DNA of 64,000 nt, taken from Candidatus Shapirobacteria bacterium GW2011_GWF2_37_20. GTDB taxonomy: Bacteria > Patescibacteriota > Microgenomatia > UBA12405. Shown piece after piece: positions 19,687 through 28,703 of the stretch (positions within the stretch are counted from its first letter, which is position 1; each line of letters opens with the position of its first letter). The notes beneath the pieces were generated by a model that made no database searches, had not been told where the DNA came from, and worked only from the letters and a program-made list of their open reading frames with translations. The position numbers were made by a program, and so were the translations under genes. The DNA lies in NCBI GenBank assembly GCA_000989305.1, contig LBTB01000004.1, positions 12,897-76,896 on the forward strand. Direction: 5' to 3'.

Positions 19687-20553
19687 ATGGCAAAGCTAAG
19701 AGTGGGAGTGTTGATGGGAGGGGAAAGTAGCGAAAGGGAAGTGTCGCTGATGACGGGGCTAGAGATGATGAAAAATTTGGATAGGGGAAAATATGAAATT
19801 GAGGCGATTGAATTGCCAAAAGATTTAAGAAAGATTGATGGGAAAATAGACGTGGCTTTAATAGCATTGCACGGTAAGGGCGGAGAGGATGGAGTGATTC
19901 AGGGATATTTGGAAAGTTTTGGAATTAAATATACCGGCTGTGGGGTGTTGGCGTCAGCCGTGGGAATGGATAAAAAAATATTTAGGGAAGTAATGATGGC
20001 CAACAAATTACCAATACCGAGATTGGTAACACGGGCTCCTTGTGTGGTAAAGCCCAGTAATGGCGGCTCGAGTGTGGGAGTGTCGATTGTGAAAAAGGAT
20101 GGTGAAATGGAAAACGCTATAGCTAAGGCTAGAAAATATGATGATGAAATAATAATTGAAGAATATTTGAAAGGGACAGAAGTGTCGTGTGGGATTTTGG
20201 GGAATGAAGTTTTGCCGGTAATTGAAATAGTGCCAAAAAATGAGTTTTTTGATTATGAATCAAAATATACTGAAAGCGGAGCAGAGGAGATTTGTCCGGC
20301 GCGGATTAGTAAAAAACTTAGTGACAGAGTACAAAAACTGTCAACAAAAGTTTTTAAGGTAATAAAAGGGAGGGGCTATGCCAGGATTGACTTTATTATA
20401 AAAAATAATAAGCCATATATTTTAGAAATAAATACCTTACCAGGAATGACAGCGGTGTCGTTGTTACCAAAAGAGGCGTTGGTAGTGGGAATAAGTTATT
20501 CCCAGCTTTTGGATAAAATAATTGAGTTGGCACTAAAAAAGCCCCTAGAATAG
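19687..20553 (+). CDS. ddl: D-alanine--D-alanine ligase
   Basis: N-terminal VGVLMGGESSEREVSL, followed by an ATP-grasp domain. Confidence 0.9.
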   Translation: MAKLRVGVLMGGESSEREVSLMTGLEMMKNLDRGKYEIEAIELPKDLRKIDGKIDVALIALHGKGGEDGVIQGYLESFGIKYTGCGVLASAVGMDKKIFREVMMANKLPIPRLVTRAPCVVKPSNGGSSVGVSIVKKDGEMENAIAKARKYDDEIIIEEYLKGTEVSCGILGNEVLPVIEIVPKNEFFDYESKYTESGAEEICPARISKKLSDRVQKLSTKVFKVIKGRGYARIDFIIKNNKPYILEINTLPGMTAVSLLPKEALVVGISYSQLLDKIIELALKKPLE

Positions 20554-20577
20554 GGGCTTTTTGAAATTATATCAGAA

Positions 20578-21339
20578 TTATTTCTCAACAAGAACTTTGA
20601 TACAAGGACCCATGGTGGCACAAAGAGCCAATTTTTTAATTTTTGGAACTTTGATAACCTTAATGAGTTGTTCAATGTTGGCTTGTAACTCTTTTTCGGG
20701 TTGAGAAACTTTGCCGACAACGAGGTGGACAACGGGAGCTTTTTTCTCAGTTTTGATCATAGTTTTGGCGACAGAAAGGCGTTTGACGGCTTCTTCTGGT
20801 TTGTCGGTTAAGGTGCCAGATTTGGGATTGGGCATTAAACCCTTGGGACCTAAAACACGGGCGAAGGGAAGGAGTTTTGGCATGGTGGTAGGAGTAGCAA
20901 TCAGAATATCGAAATTTACTTTTCCAGCTTTAATTTCGGCTAAAATAGCATCATTTAGTACGACAATTCTTTTAGTGCTAGTTTCTAAATGAGGAAAAAC
21001 GATTTCGCCGAGATTGCCGATGTCAATTACTGTCAGATGGGCTTCGACTTTACCGTCGAATTTGGAAATAGAAGTTTCCTTGACAAGTTTAATGGCGTCT
21101 TTAAGAGAATAAAGCTTAAGGATGTCAATTTTTTTCTTGACGGCTTTATATTTTTTGCCACGGACGCGGGCAGCTTTTTTAACGGTGGAAGTTTCCTCAA
21201 CGGGAGTTTGGGCAACTTTTTCAGTTTCCTTGACTTCAGTTTCGGCCTTGCGAGATTCAGTCTCAGTGACTACTTTCTCTTCCACAGCAAGTTCTTTTTT
21301 GGCCTTTTTAGCCTTGAGTTCTTGAGAGGTTTTGCTCAT
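20578..21339 (-). CDS. rplA: Ribosomal protein L1 with a K/E-rich N-terminal extension of about 55 aa
   Basis: Canonical L1 begins at RGKKYKAVKKK. The preceding 55 aa are a low-complexity KAKKAKKELAVEEK... segment. The true start is uncertain. Confidence 0.8.
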   Translation of the reverse strand: MSKTSQELKAKKAKKELAVEEKVVTETESRKAETEVKETEKVAQTPVEETSTVKKAARVRGKKYKAVKKKIDILKLYSLKDAIKLVKETSISKFDGKVEAHLTVIDIGNLGEIVFPHLETSTKRIVVLNDAILAEIKAGKVNFDILIATPTTMPKLLPFARVLGPKGLMPNPKSGTLTDKPEEAVKRLSVAKTMIKTEKKAPVVHLVVGKVSQPEKELQANIEQLIKVIKVPKIKKLALCATMGPCIKVLVEK

Positions 21340-21369
21340 TTATGAAAATTAAAATTATAAAAAAACTTT

Positions 21370-21795
21370 TTAGTCGACGATTTCAAAGCCCATGGATTTA
21401 GCAGTGCCGGCAACCATGTGTTTGGCGGCTTCCAAATCCTTGGTATTTAGATCTACCATTTTGTCAGCGGCAATTTTTTCGATTTGGGCTTGGGTGATTT
21501 TACCGATTTTTTCACGACCGGTAGTGGCACTACCTTTAGTAATTCCGGTGATTTTTTTGATCATGTCAGAAACTGGGGGTTTTTTGATGATGAAGTCGAA
21601 GGAACGATCCTCATAAATGGTGATAACGGAAGGGATGAGAGAACCTTTCATATCTTTAGTTCTTTCATTGAATTCGTTACAGAAATCCATGATTTTGATA
21701 CCCTGAGGGCCAAGAGCGGTACCAACTGGAGGAGCTGGGTTGGCGGCGCCGGCCTGGATAGCTAATTTGACGACAACTTTGATTTTTTTAGGCAT
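21370..21795 (-). CDS. rplK: Ribosomal protein L11
   Basis: KLAIQAGAANPAPPVGTALGPQGI motif. Confidence 0.95.
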   Translation of the reverse strand: MPKKIKVVVKLAIQAGAANPAPPVGTALGPQGIKIMDFCNEFNERTKDMKGSLIPSVITIYEDRSFDFIIKKPPVSDMIKKITGITKGSATTGREKIGKITQAQIEKIAADKMVDLNTKDLEAAKHMVAGTAKSMGFEIVD

Positions 21796-21801
21796 ATTTT
21801 T

Positions 21802-22398
21802 TTATAACTCTTTGGAAACTTGTAAAAAATCGAGTTCAACTGGAGTTTCACGTTCAAAAAAGGAAACAAGAACGCGAAGTTTACCCTTTTCTTGGTCGAT
21901 TGAATCAATGGTGCCAATGAAATCAGCAAAAGGACCATTGGTGATCTTGATGACATCGCCGATGGAATAGGGGGTTTGAAATTTAGGTTTATCTTCTTTA
22001 GTGGTTTTAACAATGTTGTCGACTTCAGCTTGAGAAATGGGAGTGGGTTTAGAGCCGATACCGACGAAACCGGTAACACCCTGAGTAGTGCGGACTGTGA
22101 CCCAGGAATCATCATTAACAACCATTTGGATTAAGACATAGCCAGGGAAAGTTTTTTCTTGGGTTTTGACTTTGGTGCCGCGACGAATAATCATTTTGGA
22201 CTGAATGGGAACTATGGCTTGAAAGATTTGATCTTCGAGGCCCATGGTTTTGATACGGATTTTTAGGGCGTCAATAACCTTGTATTCGTGGCCAGAGTAA
22301 GTGTTGATAACATACCAGGCCGCATCAATGGGTGGGGTGTTTGTAGAAAGAGTAAATTGAAACTCCTTTTGATTGGTTTTGGTGGAATTATTTGGCAT
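21802..22398 (-). CDS. nusG: Transcription antiterminator NusG
   Basis: WYVINTYSGHE NGN domain and a C-terminal KOW GDVIKITNGPF. Confidence 0.9.
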   Translation of the reverse strand: MPNNSTKTNQKEFQFTLSTNTPPIDAAWYVINTYSGHEYKVIDALKIRIKTMGLEDQIFQAIVPIQSKMIIRRGTKVKTQEKTFPGYVLIQMVVNDDSWVTVRTTQGVTGFVGIGSKPTPISQAEVDNIVKTTKEDKPKFQTPYSIGDVIKITNGPFADFIGTIDSIDQEKGKLRVLVSFFERETPVELDFLQVSKEL

Positions 22399-22399
22399 A

Positions 22400-22669
22400 T
22401 TATTTTTTAATTGTAGGTTGAGCTAAATTGATTGTTGGTAGGTTTGGGGCTGTGGTTGGAAGAATGTTTTCAACCTTGGTTACAGGTTTTGATCCAATTA
22501 AGCCAATAGCTTGAGTAAAAATAAAATCAAATCCCCCTAAAATCAGGGAAACAATGATAGATATGGATATTACCACAATTGTGGACTGAATTATAGATTC
22601 ACGTTTTGGCCAGGAGATATGCTTGAATTCTGCCCTGACTTCCTTGAAAAAGTTAATAATTTTTTTCAT
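22400..22669 (-). CDS. secE: Preprotein translocase SecE with C-terminal extension
   Basis: KEVRAEFKHISWP followed by a TM helix. Located directly upstream of nusG. Confidence 0.8.
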   Translation of the reverse strand: MKKIINFFKEVRAEFKHISWPKRESIIQSTIVVISISIIVSLILGGFDFIFTQAIGLIGSKPVTKVENILPTTAPNLPTINLAQPTIKK

Positions 22670-22704
22670 CAGGGTATTATAGCAATATTTTGGTATATTG
22701 ACTT

Positions 22705-23427
22705 ATGAGCTTTTTTGACAGAATTGGTTCATTGGTACAACCTAGTAAGGATACAAAAGGTGCAATTGGTCGTGATAAGAATGGGGTGGAGATTTGGAAT
22801 AGGAATGGTGATAATGCACTGAGAAAGATTTTTCCCGAGTCATCAAGTTTGAAAAATCGTCAAAAAAACTGGACATATTATTTTTATCCGGCAGAAACTA
22901 GGTTTGAAGATAATTATGTTGAGGATAAGTTGTACAAAACAAAGGTGATTGAGGAAAAAGGGGGGATTTTTACGTCTGATGATTTTTTTTCAACAGGAGT
23001 GACGATTTTAGAATTAGGCTGTGGTGGAGGGCAAACGGCGATTGATTTGGCGAGAAAATACCGAGGTAGAGGAATCAACTATTTGGCAGTAGATCATGAG
23101 ATGGGTGAGGAAATTCCGGTACCGGTTCATTTTTTACCAAATTTGAACTTTATCAATGCAGACTGGAAAAATTTAGATTTAAAAGATGAAAGTGTGGATC
23201 GGATAATGTCTCTTCAGGGGGTGGCCAGATATGGGGGAGAAGAGGCGGCCAAAGAAGTGACCAGGGTGGCCAAGGAGGGGGCGATTTTTAGGGGTGATGA
23301 AGATAGAGGGGTATATGGCCGAAGAAATTTTTCTGATCACTTATATGAAATGGGTTGGAATGTATGGAAATTGAAGGACACTACTTTGATAGTGGCACAG
23401 AAAGTAAAGACCCAAACACAAATTTGA
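22705..23427 (+). CDS. Methyltransferase-like protein
   Basis: ILELGCGGGQTAIDLA SAM-binding motif I. Confidence 0.55.
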   Translation: MSFFDRIGSLVQPSKDTKGAIGRDKNGVEIWNRNGDNALRKIFPESSSLKNRQKNWTYYFYPAETRFEDNYVEDKLYKTKVIEEKGGIFTSDDFFSTGVTILELGCGGGQTAIDLARKYRGRGINYLAVDHEMGEEIPVPVHFLPNLNFINADWKNLDLKDESVDRIMSLQGVARYGGEEAAKEVTRVAKEGAIFRGDEDRGVYGRRNFSDHLYEMGWNVWKLKDTTLIVAQKVKTQTQI

Positions 23428-23452
23428 ATGGTTATGTATCAGTAAAATCTAG

Positions 23453-23482
23453 TTGACAGACACTAAGGGTGGTGGGTATGAT
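23453..23482 (+). promoter_or_regulatory. Sigma70-like promoter TTGACA-18-TATGAT upstream of nrdR
   Basis: Shares agTTGACAGACAct with the 14901 promoter. G-rich spacer. Confidence 0.5.
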
Positions 23483-23531
23483 GTGACACAGACGCTATGA
23501 ATAGTGTTAATAAAAAATAGCGCAAAAATAC

Positions 23532-24005
23532 ATGCTTTGTCCATATTGCGGTTTCGATGAATCAAATGTTTTAGAGTCTCGGGATGCTTTGGAGGGAAAG
23601 GCAACCAGACGAAGACGGGAATGTGTCAAGTGTCAAAAGCGATTTACGACTTATGAGAGAGTGGAAAACATTGAATTGAAGGTAGTAAAAAAAGATGGTC
23701 GGGTTGAGGATTATAACCGGGAAAAACTTGACAAATGTTTTGAAAAAGCATGTTGGAAGTTGGGTTCAGAGCAGAGGTCAAAAGTGATTGATGAGATAGA
23801 AATGAGACTACTGAATTGGGAAAGTGTAGAGATTCCGTCAAGAGAAATTGGCAAAATGGTGATGGGAAAATTGAAGGATATTGATCCGGTAGCATATATT
23901 CGTTTTGCAACCATATATCGGGATATAAAAAATGTGAATGAATTTAGAGTTTTGGTGGACGAACTATCAAAGAATAAAATAAAAGTTTCCAAAAAGGTAA
24001 AATAA
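23532..24005 (+). CDS. nrdR: Transcriptional repressor NrdR
   Basis: MLCPYCG zinc ribbon plus an ATP-cone. Confidence 0.9.
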   Translation: MLCPYCGFDESNVLESRDALEGKATRRRRECVKCQKRFTTYERVENIELKVVKKDGRVEDYNREKLDKCFEKACWKLGSEQRSKVIDEIEMRLLNWESVEIPSREIGKMVMGKLKDIDPVAYIRFATIYRDIKNVNEFRVLVDELSKNKIKVSKKVK

Positions 24006-26497
24006 TGGACGAGATTAATCAAAGGGTAAAAAATATTAAAGATGGATTAAGAGAGCCGGAAGTGTCGGAGAACGCTAAATATATTGCAGAAACCAGATAC
24101 GCTCAGAAAGACGAGAGCGGAAAGAGTACTGAAAAAGTAAAAGATATTTTCTTTAGAGTGGCAGAAAATATTGCCAAAGGAGATGCAAAATTTGGAAAAG
24201 GAGCAGGAGAAATAGAGGAACAAAGCAAGGTGTTTTATGATTTGTTGGCACAACAGAAGTTTTTTCCCAATACTCCCTGCCTGGTAAATGCAGGAAAAGC
24301 AAAACAACAATTGTCGGCTTGTTTTGTGTTGCCGATTGAAGATTCAATGGATTCGATTTTGGAAACAATGTCGAATATGGCCAAGATTCATAAGAGTGGA
24401 GGAGGAACCGGGTTTTCATTTTCCAGGCTTAGACCTAGTGGGGACTATATAAAGACCAGCGGAGGAACGACGGTGGGTCCGGTATCTTTTATGCAGGCCT
24501 ATAACGACGTAACCTCACAGGTAAAACAGGGCGGAGTGCGACGGGGAGCAAACATGGGAATGCTGGGGATTGATCACCCGGATGTACTTCGCTTTGCGGT
24601 AGTAAAACTGGATGAATATTCTCTAACGAATTTTAATATCTCGTTGGCGGTAACCAATGCCTTTATGGAACGTCTGGAGACTGACAAGGCTTTTGTAAAA
24701 GACGATTCGATACCCGAGGAAGTAGTGGAAAAAATTAGAATTGCTGAGGGAAACAGAGATGTAGACCTGAGGCTGAGAGAAATTGAAGAACAAATCAAAA
24801 AACTTTATGAATGGGCAAAGGCGACTAATGAAGCTGAGGGATACGAGTTGATTAATCCCAGAAACAATCAGGTGACAATGAAGCTAAACGCCTACAAAGT
24901 GTTTAATTTAGTGACCAGACTGGCTTGGCAATATGGAGATCCGGGTTTGGTATTTATTGACCGGATGAACGAGCCCAGTTCTAATCCGGTACCGAAATTG
25001 GGAAGAATTGAAGCTACAAATCCCTGTGGGGAACAACCACTACTGCCTTATGATGCCTGTAATTTGGGAAGCGTAAATTTAAGTAAATTTGTAAAAGAAA
25101 AAGACTTGGATTGGGATGAACTAGGTAGAGTAACAAAAGAAGGGGTACATTTTTTGGATAACATTGTGGAATTAAATGAATTTCCGGTTGATAAGATAAG
25201 GGAAATGGTGACAAAAACCAGAAGAATAGGTTTGGGAATAATGGGTTTTGCAGACATGTTGTTTAAGCTAGGAGTTAGTTATGATTCGGAAGAGGGTTTA
25301 GGGTGGGCAGAAAAAGTCATGAAATTTGTAACGGAAAAGGCCAAAGAGGCAACCCAGGAACTGGGAAAAGAAAGAGGGGTTTTCCCTGAGTGGGAGAATA
25401 GTGTGTTTGCGGGAACTGATTATCGACCAAGAAACATGGCATTGACGACAATAGCGCCGACAGGAACTATCTCGATGATTGCTGATGCATCTTCGGGGAT
25501 TGAACCATTATTTTCCTTGGGATATCAAAAAAATACAGTAGAGGGAAAAACTTTGTATATGATGAACCCGATTTTTGTAGAAGAATTGAAAAAAAGAAAT
25601 ATATATAGCGAAGAATTGATGGGTAAAATAGTAAAAAATGGAGGAAAACTTGAGGGCTTAGAAGAAATCCCGGCTGATTTAGAAAAGATATTTAGAACGG
25701 CTTTAGAGATAAGTCCGGAGTGGCATATAAAGATTCAAGGTGCTTTTCAAAAATATACAGACAATGCAGTGAGTAAAACGATTAATTTTCCAAGATCAGC
25801 TACAGTAGAGGAGGTACAAAAGGCATATATATTGGCGTACTCCCTGGGAACAAAAGGAATAACGATTTATCGAAGCGGCAGTAGGGAGAAGGAAGTAATT
25901 CAGACAGTAAAGGATGATAAAGGGGAGGAAGTAAAGATTGTAGCAAAAGCGACTAAAAAGAAAACACCGGAGGCGGCGAGAGGAATTAGGTTACGAAAAG
26001 CCTGTGATGTGGGCCGGGTGTACACCTCAGTATTTTTTGAAGAAGGGGATGGGCCAGTGGAAGTATTTGTAAATTTGGGGAAATCTGGTGGTTATATGGC
26101 CGGGTCGGCCGAGGTGACAGGGAGATTGGCCTCTTTGGCTTTGAAATATGGAGCGACTTTGGAAGAGGTGGCCGATGAATTAGTGGGAATTTCCTGTGGA
26201 CAACGGGTGGGTTTTGGTAATGGAACTGTTTTGTCTATGTTTGATGCAGTTGGGAAATCTTTACTGGAAATTTCCCAGGGTGAACAATTGGATTTATTTG
26301 AAGGAGAAAAGACTAAAATTGAAATGCCAAAAGTTAAGAATGGGGAGCAGAAAAATTTATTAGCAGAGATTAGAAGCAAGCAAGCAAGTGAAGAAAGTGC
26401 TTTTACCAGTTGTCCGGAGTGTGGTAGTCCACTTCAGGCTGAAGAGGGTTGTTTTAAATGTTCAAATGCATTTTGTGGCTACAGTAAATGTAGCTAA
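24005..26497 (+). CDS. nrdJ: Class II (adenosylcobalamin-dependent) ribonucleotide reductase
   Basis: Motifs PCLVNAG, SACFVLP, NPCGEQPL. Length 830 aa. C-terminal Cys cluster. Confidence 0.9.
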   Translation: MDEINQRVKNIKDGLREPEVSENAKYIAETRYAQKDESGKSTEKVKDIFFRVAENIAKGDAKFGKGAGEIEEQSKVFYDLLAQQKFFPNTPCLVNAGKAKQQLSACFVLPIEDSMDSILETMSNMAKIHKSGGGTGFSFSRLRPSGDYIKTSGGTTVGPVSFMQAYNDVTSQVKQGGVRRGANMGMLGIDHPDVLRFAVVKLDEYSLTNFNISLAVTNAFMERLETDKAFVKDDSIPEEVVEKIRIAEGNRDVDLRLREIEEQIKKLYEWAKATNEAEGYELINPRNNQVTMKLNAYKVFNLVTRLAWQYGDPGLVFIDRMNEPSSNPVPKLGRIEATNPCGEQPLLPYDACNLGSVNLSKFVKEKDLDWDELGRVTKEGVHFLDNIVELNEFPVDKIREMVTKTRRIGLGIMGFADMLFKLGVSYDSEEGLGWAEKVMKFVTEKAKEATQELGKERGVFPEWENSVFAGTDYRPRNMALTTIAPTGTISMIADASSGIEPLFSLGYQKNTVEGKTLYMMNPIFVEELKKRNIYSEELMGKIVKNGGKLEGLEEIPADLEKIFRTALEISPEWHIKIQGAFQKYTDNAVSKTINFPRSATVEEVQKAYILAYSLGTKGITIYRSGSREKEVIQTVKDDKGEEVKIVAKATKKKTPEAARGIRLRKACDVGRVYTSVFFEEGDGPVEVFVNLGKSGGYMAGSAEVTGRLASLALKYGATLEEVADELVGISCGQRVGFGNGTVLSMFDAVGKSLLEISQGEQLDLFEGEKTKIEMPKVKNGEQKNLLAEIRSKQASEESAFTSCPECGSPLQAEEGCFKCSNAFCGYSKCS

Positions 26498-26500
26498 ACC

Positions 26501-26917
26501 ATGTCAATTACAACAAAAAATGGAGATGGTGGAGTAAGTGAGTACTTTGGAAAAAAGGTAAACAAAGGAGGAAAAATTTTAGAGGCGGTAGGAACTTTGG
26601 ACGAATTACAAGCAGTTTTGGGGTTGGTGGGATTAGAGAAGTTACAGGAAGATATTTACGAGATTATGGCCAGGAAAGAGATGAGGCAAAGAATTGAGAA
26701 GCTGGAGAGATTAATGGGGAGACTGGAAAAAGAGATTGAGGTTCCCCGAAATTTCATAATTTTTAAAGACCAAAGGGCAATAGAGTTGAATTGGGTGAGA
26801 ACAATTGTGAGAAGAGCGGAACGAAGGAGTATGGTTTTTAAGAATAAGGATATTTTAATCTATTTGAATAGATTGTCTGATTTTATATATTTATTGGCGT
26901 TAAAAGAAGAAGTGTAA
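26501..26917 (+). CDS. PduO-type ATP:cob(I)alamin adenosyltransferase (short)
   Basis: ITTKNGDGGVSEYFGKKVNKGGKILEAVGTLDELQAVLGL matches the PduO N-terminal signature TKTGDKG..S...V.K....EAYG.VDEL. Confidence 0.7.
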   Translation: MSITTKNGDGGVSEYFGKKVNKGGKILEAVGTLDELQAVLGLVGLEKLQEDIYEIMARKEMRQRIEKLERLMGRLEKEIEVPRNFIIFKDQRAIELNWVRTIVRRAERRSMVFKNKDILIYLNRLSDFIYLLALKEEV

Positions 26918-26999
26918 AATAGAGATTGAAGTAGGGTGTAATTCCCTCACAGTGCCGCTACGGTGATAGTCCGGGCCTTAAAACTTACGAGCAATAAGT

Positions 27000-27893
27000 A
27001 TGAAACAAGAAAGACTAAATTTTGACCCAGTAAAGGAAGTAAATTATTTAAGGAAATTTTTAGGGGAATCAAGAAAACACCAACTGGAGAGAGAGGTGTC
27101 AACTTCTTTGGCGGAATTATTGTTAAGTGAGTATAGTCATGATTATCTCTGGGATGGAGAAAAAATAATTGACAAAGAGACAGGAATAAAGGCTGGGGAT
27201 TTGTCAGAAAATTGTGAATTTGAAAGCCAAAGATTAAAAAATATTGAAGGGGAATTAAAAAAAGGAAAAGAGTTGGTTGTATGCGTCAGTCCAAAAAATG
27301 CAGAATTAGATTATCCTGATGATATGGTAGATTTTTGGAAGAAAGGTGAAGGAGAAAAGTTGACTTTAATGAGGTTTAAAACAAAGATGAGCGAGTGGGA
27401 ACTGAAAGATTTCGAGTTGATGAACAAAGATGGATATAAATTGGCTGATTTGATTGGAATGTTGAGTTTGGCGAAAGAAAACAGAGGAACTTCGATGAAT
27501 TTAATTGAGCAAGTAGCCAGGAATTTAACAACGGAATTTGAGATGGAGTTTGGAGAAAAAGTTTATTTAGACGGTGAAATGATGACTAGACTTTATATAG
27601 CGATTAGACTGGAGGTGGAAAGAAAGAGTAGGGAAATAGGGATTGAGTCAAGAAATTATGTCATGTTGCCACTGGAGATAAAGAATTATTTATATGGGGA
27701 GTTGAAGGTAAAAAGAACGAGTGGAGGTGGTTGTGGGGGAAGTAGTTTAAGTGGACAATTTGGAAGTGAGGGGATAATTATTATTAACACTTCAGACGGA
27801 ATTAGTTTTAGAAAAGGAAGTACGGAGGGGCTGAATTATTGTTCGAAGTGCGGGTGTTGGTATTCCGGTGACAAATGTCCAATTTGTAAATAA
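27000..27893 (+). CDS. Hypothetical protein with C-terminal zinc ribbon
   Basis: C-terminal YCSKCGCWYSGDKCPICK. A Gly/Ser-rich linker precedes it. Confidence 0.5.
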   Translation: MKQERLNFDPVKEVNYLRKFLGESRKHQLEREVSTSLAELLLSEYSHDYLWDGEKIIDKETGIKAGDLSENCEFESQRLKNIEGELKKGKELVVCVSPKNAELDYPDDMVDFWKKGEGEKLTLMRFKTKMSEWELKDFELMNKDGYKLADLIGMLSLAKENRGTSMNLIEQVARNLTTEFEMEFGEKVYLDGEMMTRLYIAIRLEVERKSREIGIESRNYVMLPLEIKNYLYGELKVKRTSGGGCGGSSLSGQFGSEGIIIINTSDGISFRKGSTEGLNYCSKCGCWYSGDKCPICK

Positions 27894-27919
27894 TGTTTTC
27901 TATTGTATATAATTAATTC

Positions 27920-28639
27920 ATGAAGAAAATAATTGGAATTGTAGTATTGGTATTAATTTTGGTTTGGGTAGTACCTTGGAATAAGGTAAATTGGGGAAGG
28001 GTGACCTGGCAACCAGCAGAGGTGGTAACAGTAAATGGTGAAGCGAAAAGTCAAGAAAAGAACCAAATTGCATCTTATACGGCCGGAGTTGAGGCTGTAA
28101 ATGACAAAAAAGAAGAAGCTGTTAACGAGGTAAATACTAAAATCGAAGCTTTGGTGGGGGCTTTGAAAGAATTTGGAATCAAAGATGCCGATATTAAAAC
28201 TCAAAACATGTCAATTTATCAAGATGAACAAAGTTATTACGACAACGGAATTCAAAAATCACGAAAAGGCCAGTGGAGGGTAAATACTTCTGTGGAAATA
28301 AAGCTGAGGGAAATCGATAAAGCAAGTGCTTTGGCTGATTTGGTGACTAAGAGTGGGGCTAATAATGTGTGGGGTCCCAATTTTAGTATGGACGATACTA
28401 ATGAAATAGAAAAAGGTTTGTATGATATGGCAATAAAAGATGCCAGAGAAAAAGCCGAGAGTATTGCCAAGGCATCAGGAAGAACTTTAGGAAAGGTGTT
28501 AAGTGTTAATGATGGCGGTAGTACGAGTGGTGTCTATCCGATGTATGCCATGAAAGATGGGGCGGGCGGTGGAGCAATAACTGAACCGGGAAGTACAACT
28601 GTTTATAAAAATTTAACCGTAGTTTTTGAATTAAAGTAA
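27920..28639 (+). CDS. SIMPL/DUF541 family periplasmic protein
   Basis: N-terminal TM helix. Overall DUF541 pattern (..DI.TQN.SIY...; LGKVLSVN). Confidence 0.6.
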   Translation: MKKIIGIVVLVLILVWVVPWNKVNWGRVTWQPAEVVTVNGEAKSQEKNQIASYTAGVEAVNDKKEEAVNEVNTKIEALVGALKEFGIKDADIKTQNMSIYQDEQSYYDNGIQKSRKGQWRVNTSVEIKLREIDKASALADLVTKSGANNVWGPNFSMDDTNEIEKGLYDMAIKDAREKAESIAKASGRTLGKVLSVNDGGSTSGVYPMYAMKDGAGGGAITEPGSTTVYKNLTVVFELK

Positions 28640-28703
28640 GTAAAAAATATTTGACCTGGATTGATGTAGTTTACAAGAAGGTATTTAGGGGTCAAAATCG
28701 GGT

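Noticed and set aside
26918-26999. Cobalamin riboswitch between pduO-like gene and the next ORF
   Set aside because: The spacer is only 82 nt, too short for a B12 riboswitch. No B12-box-like GCCACTG or GGTGNNAANNCC core was found.
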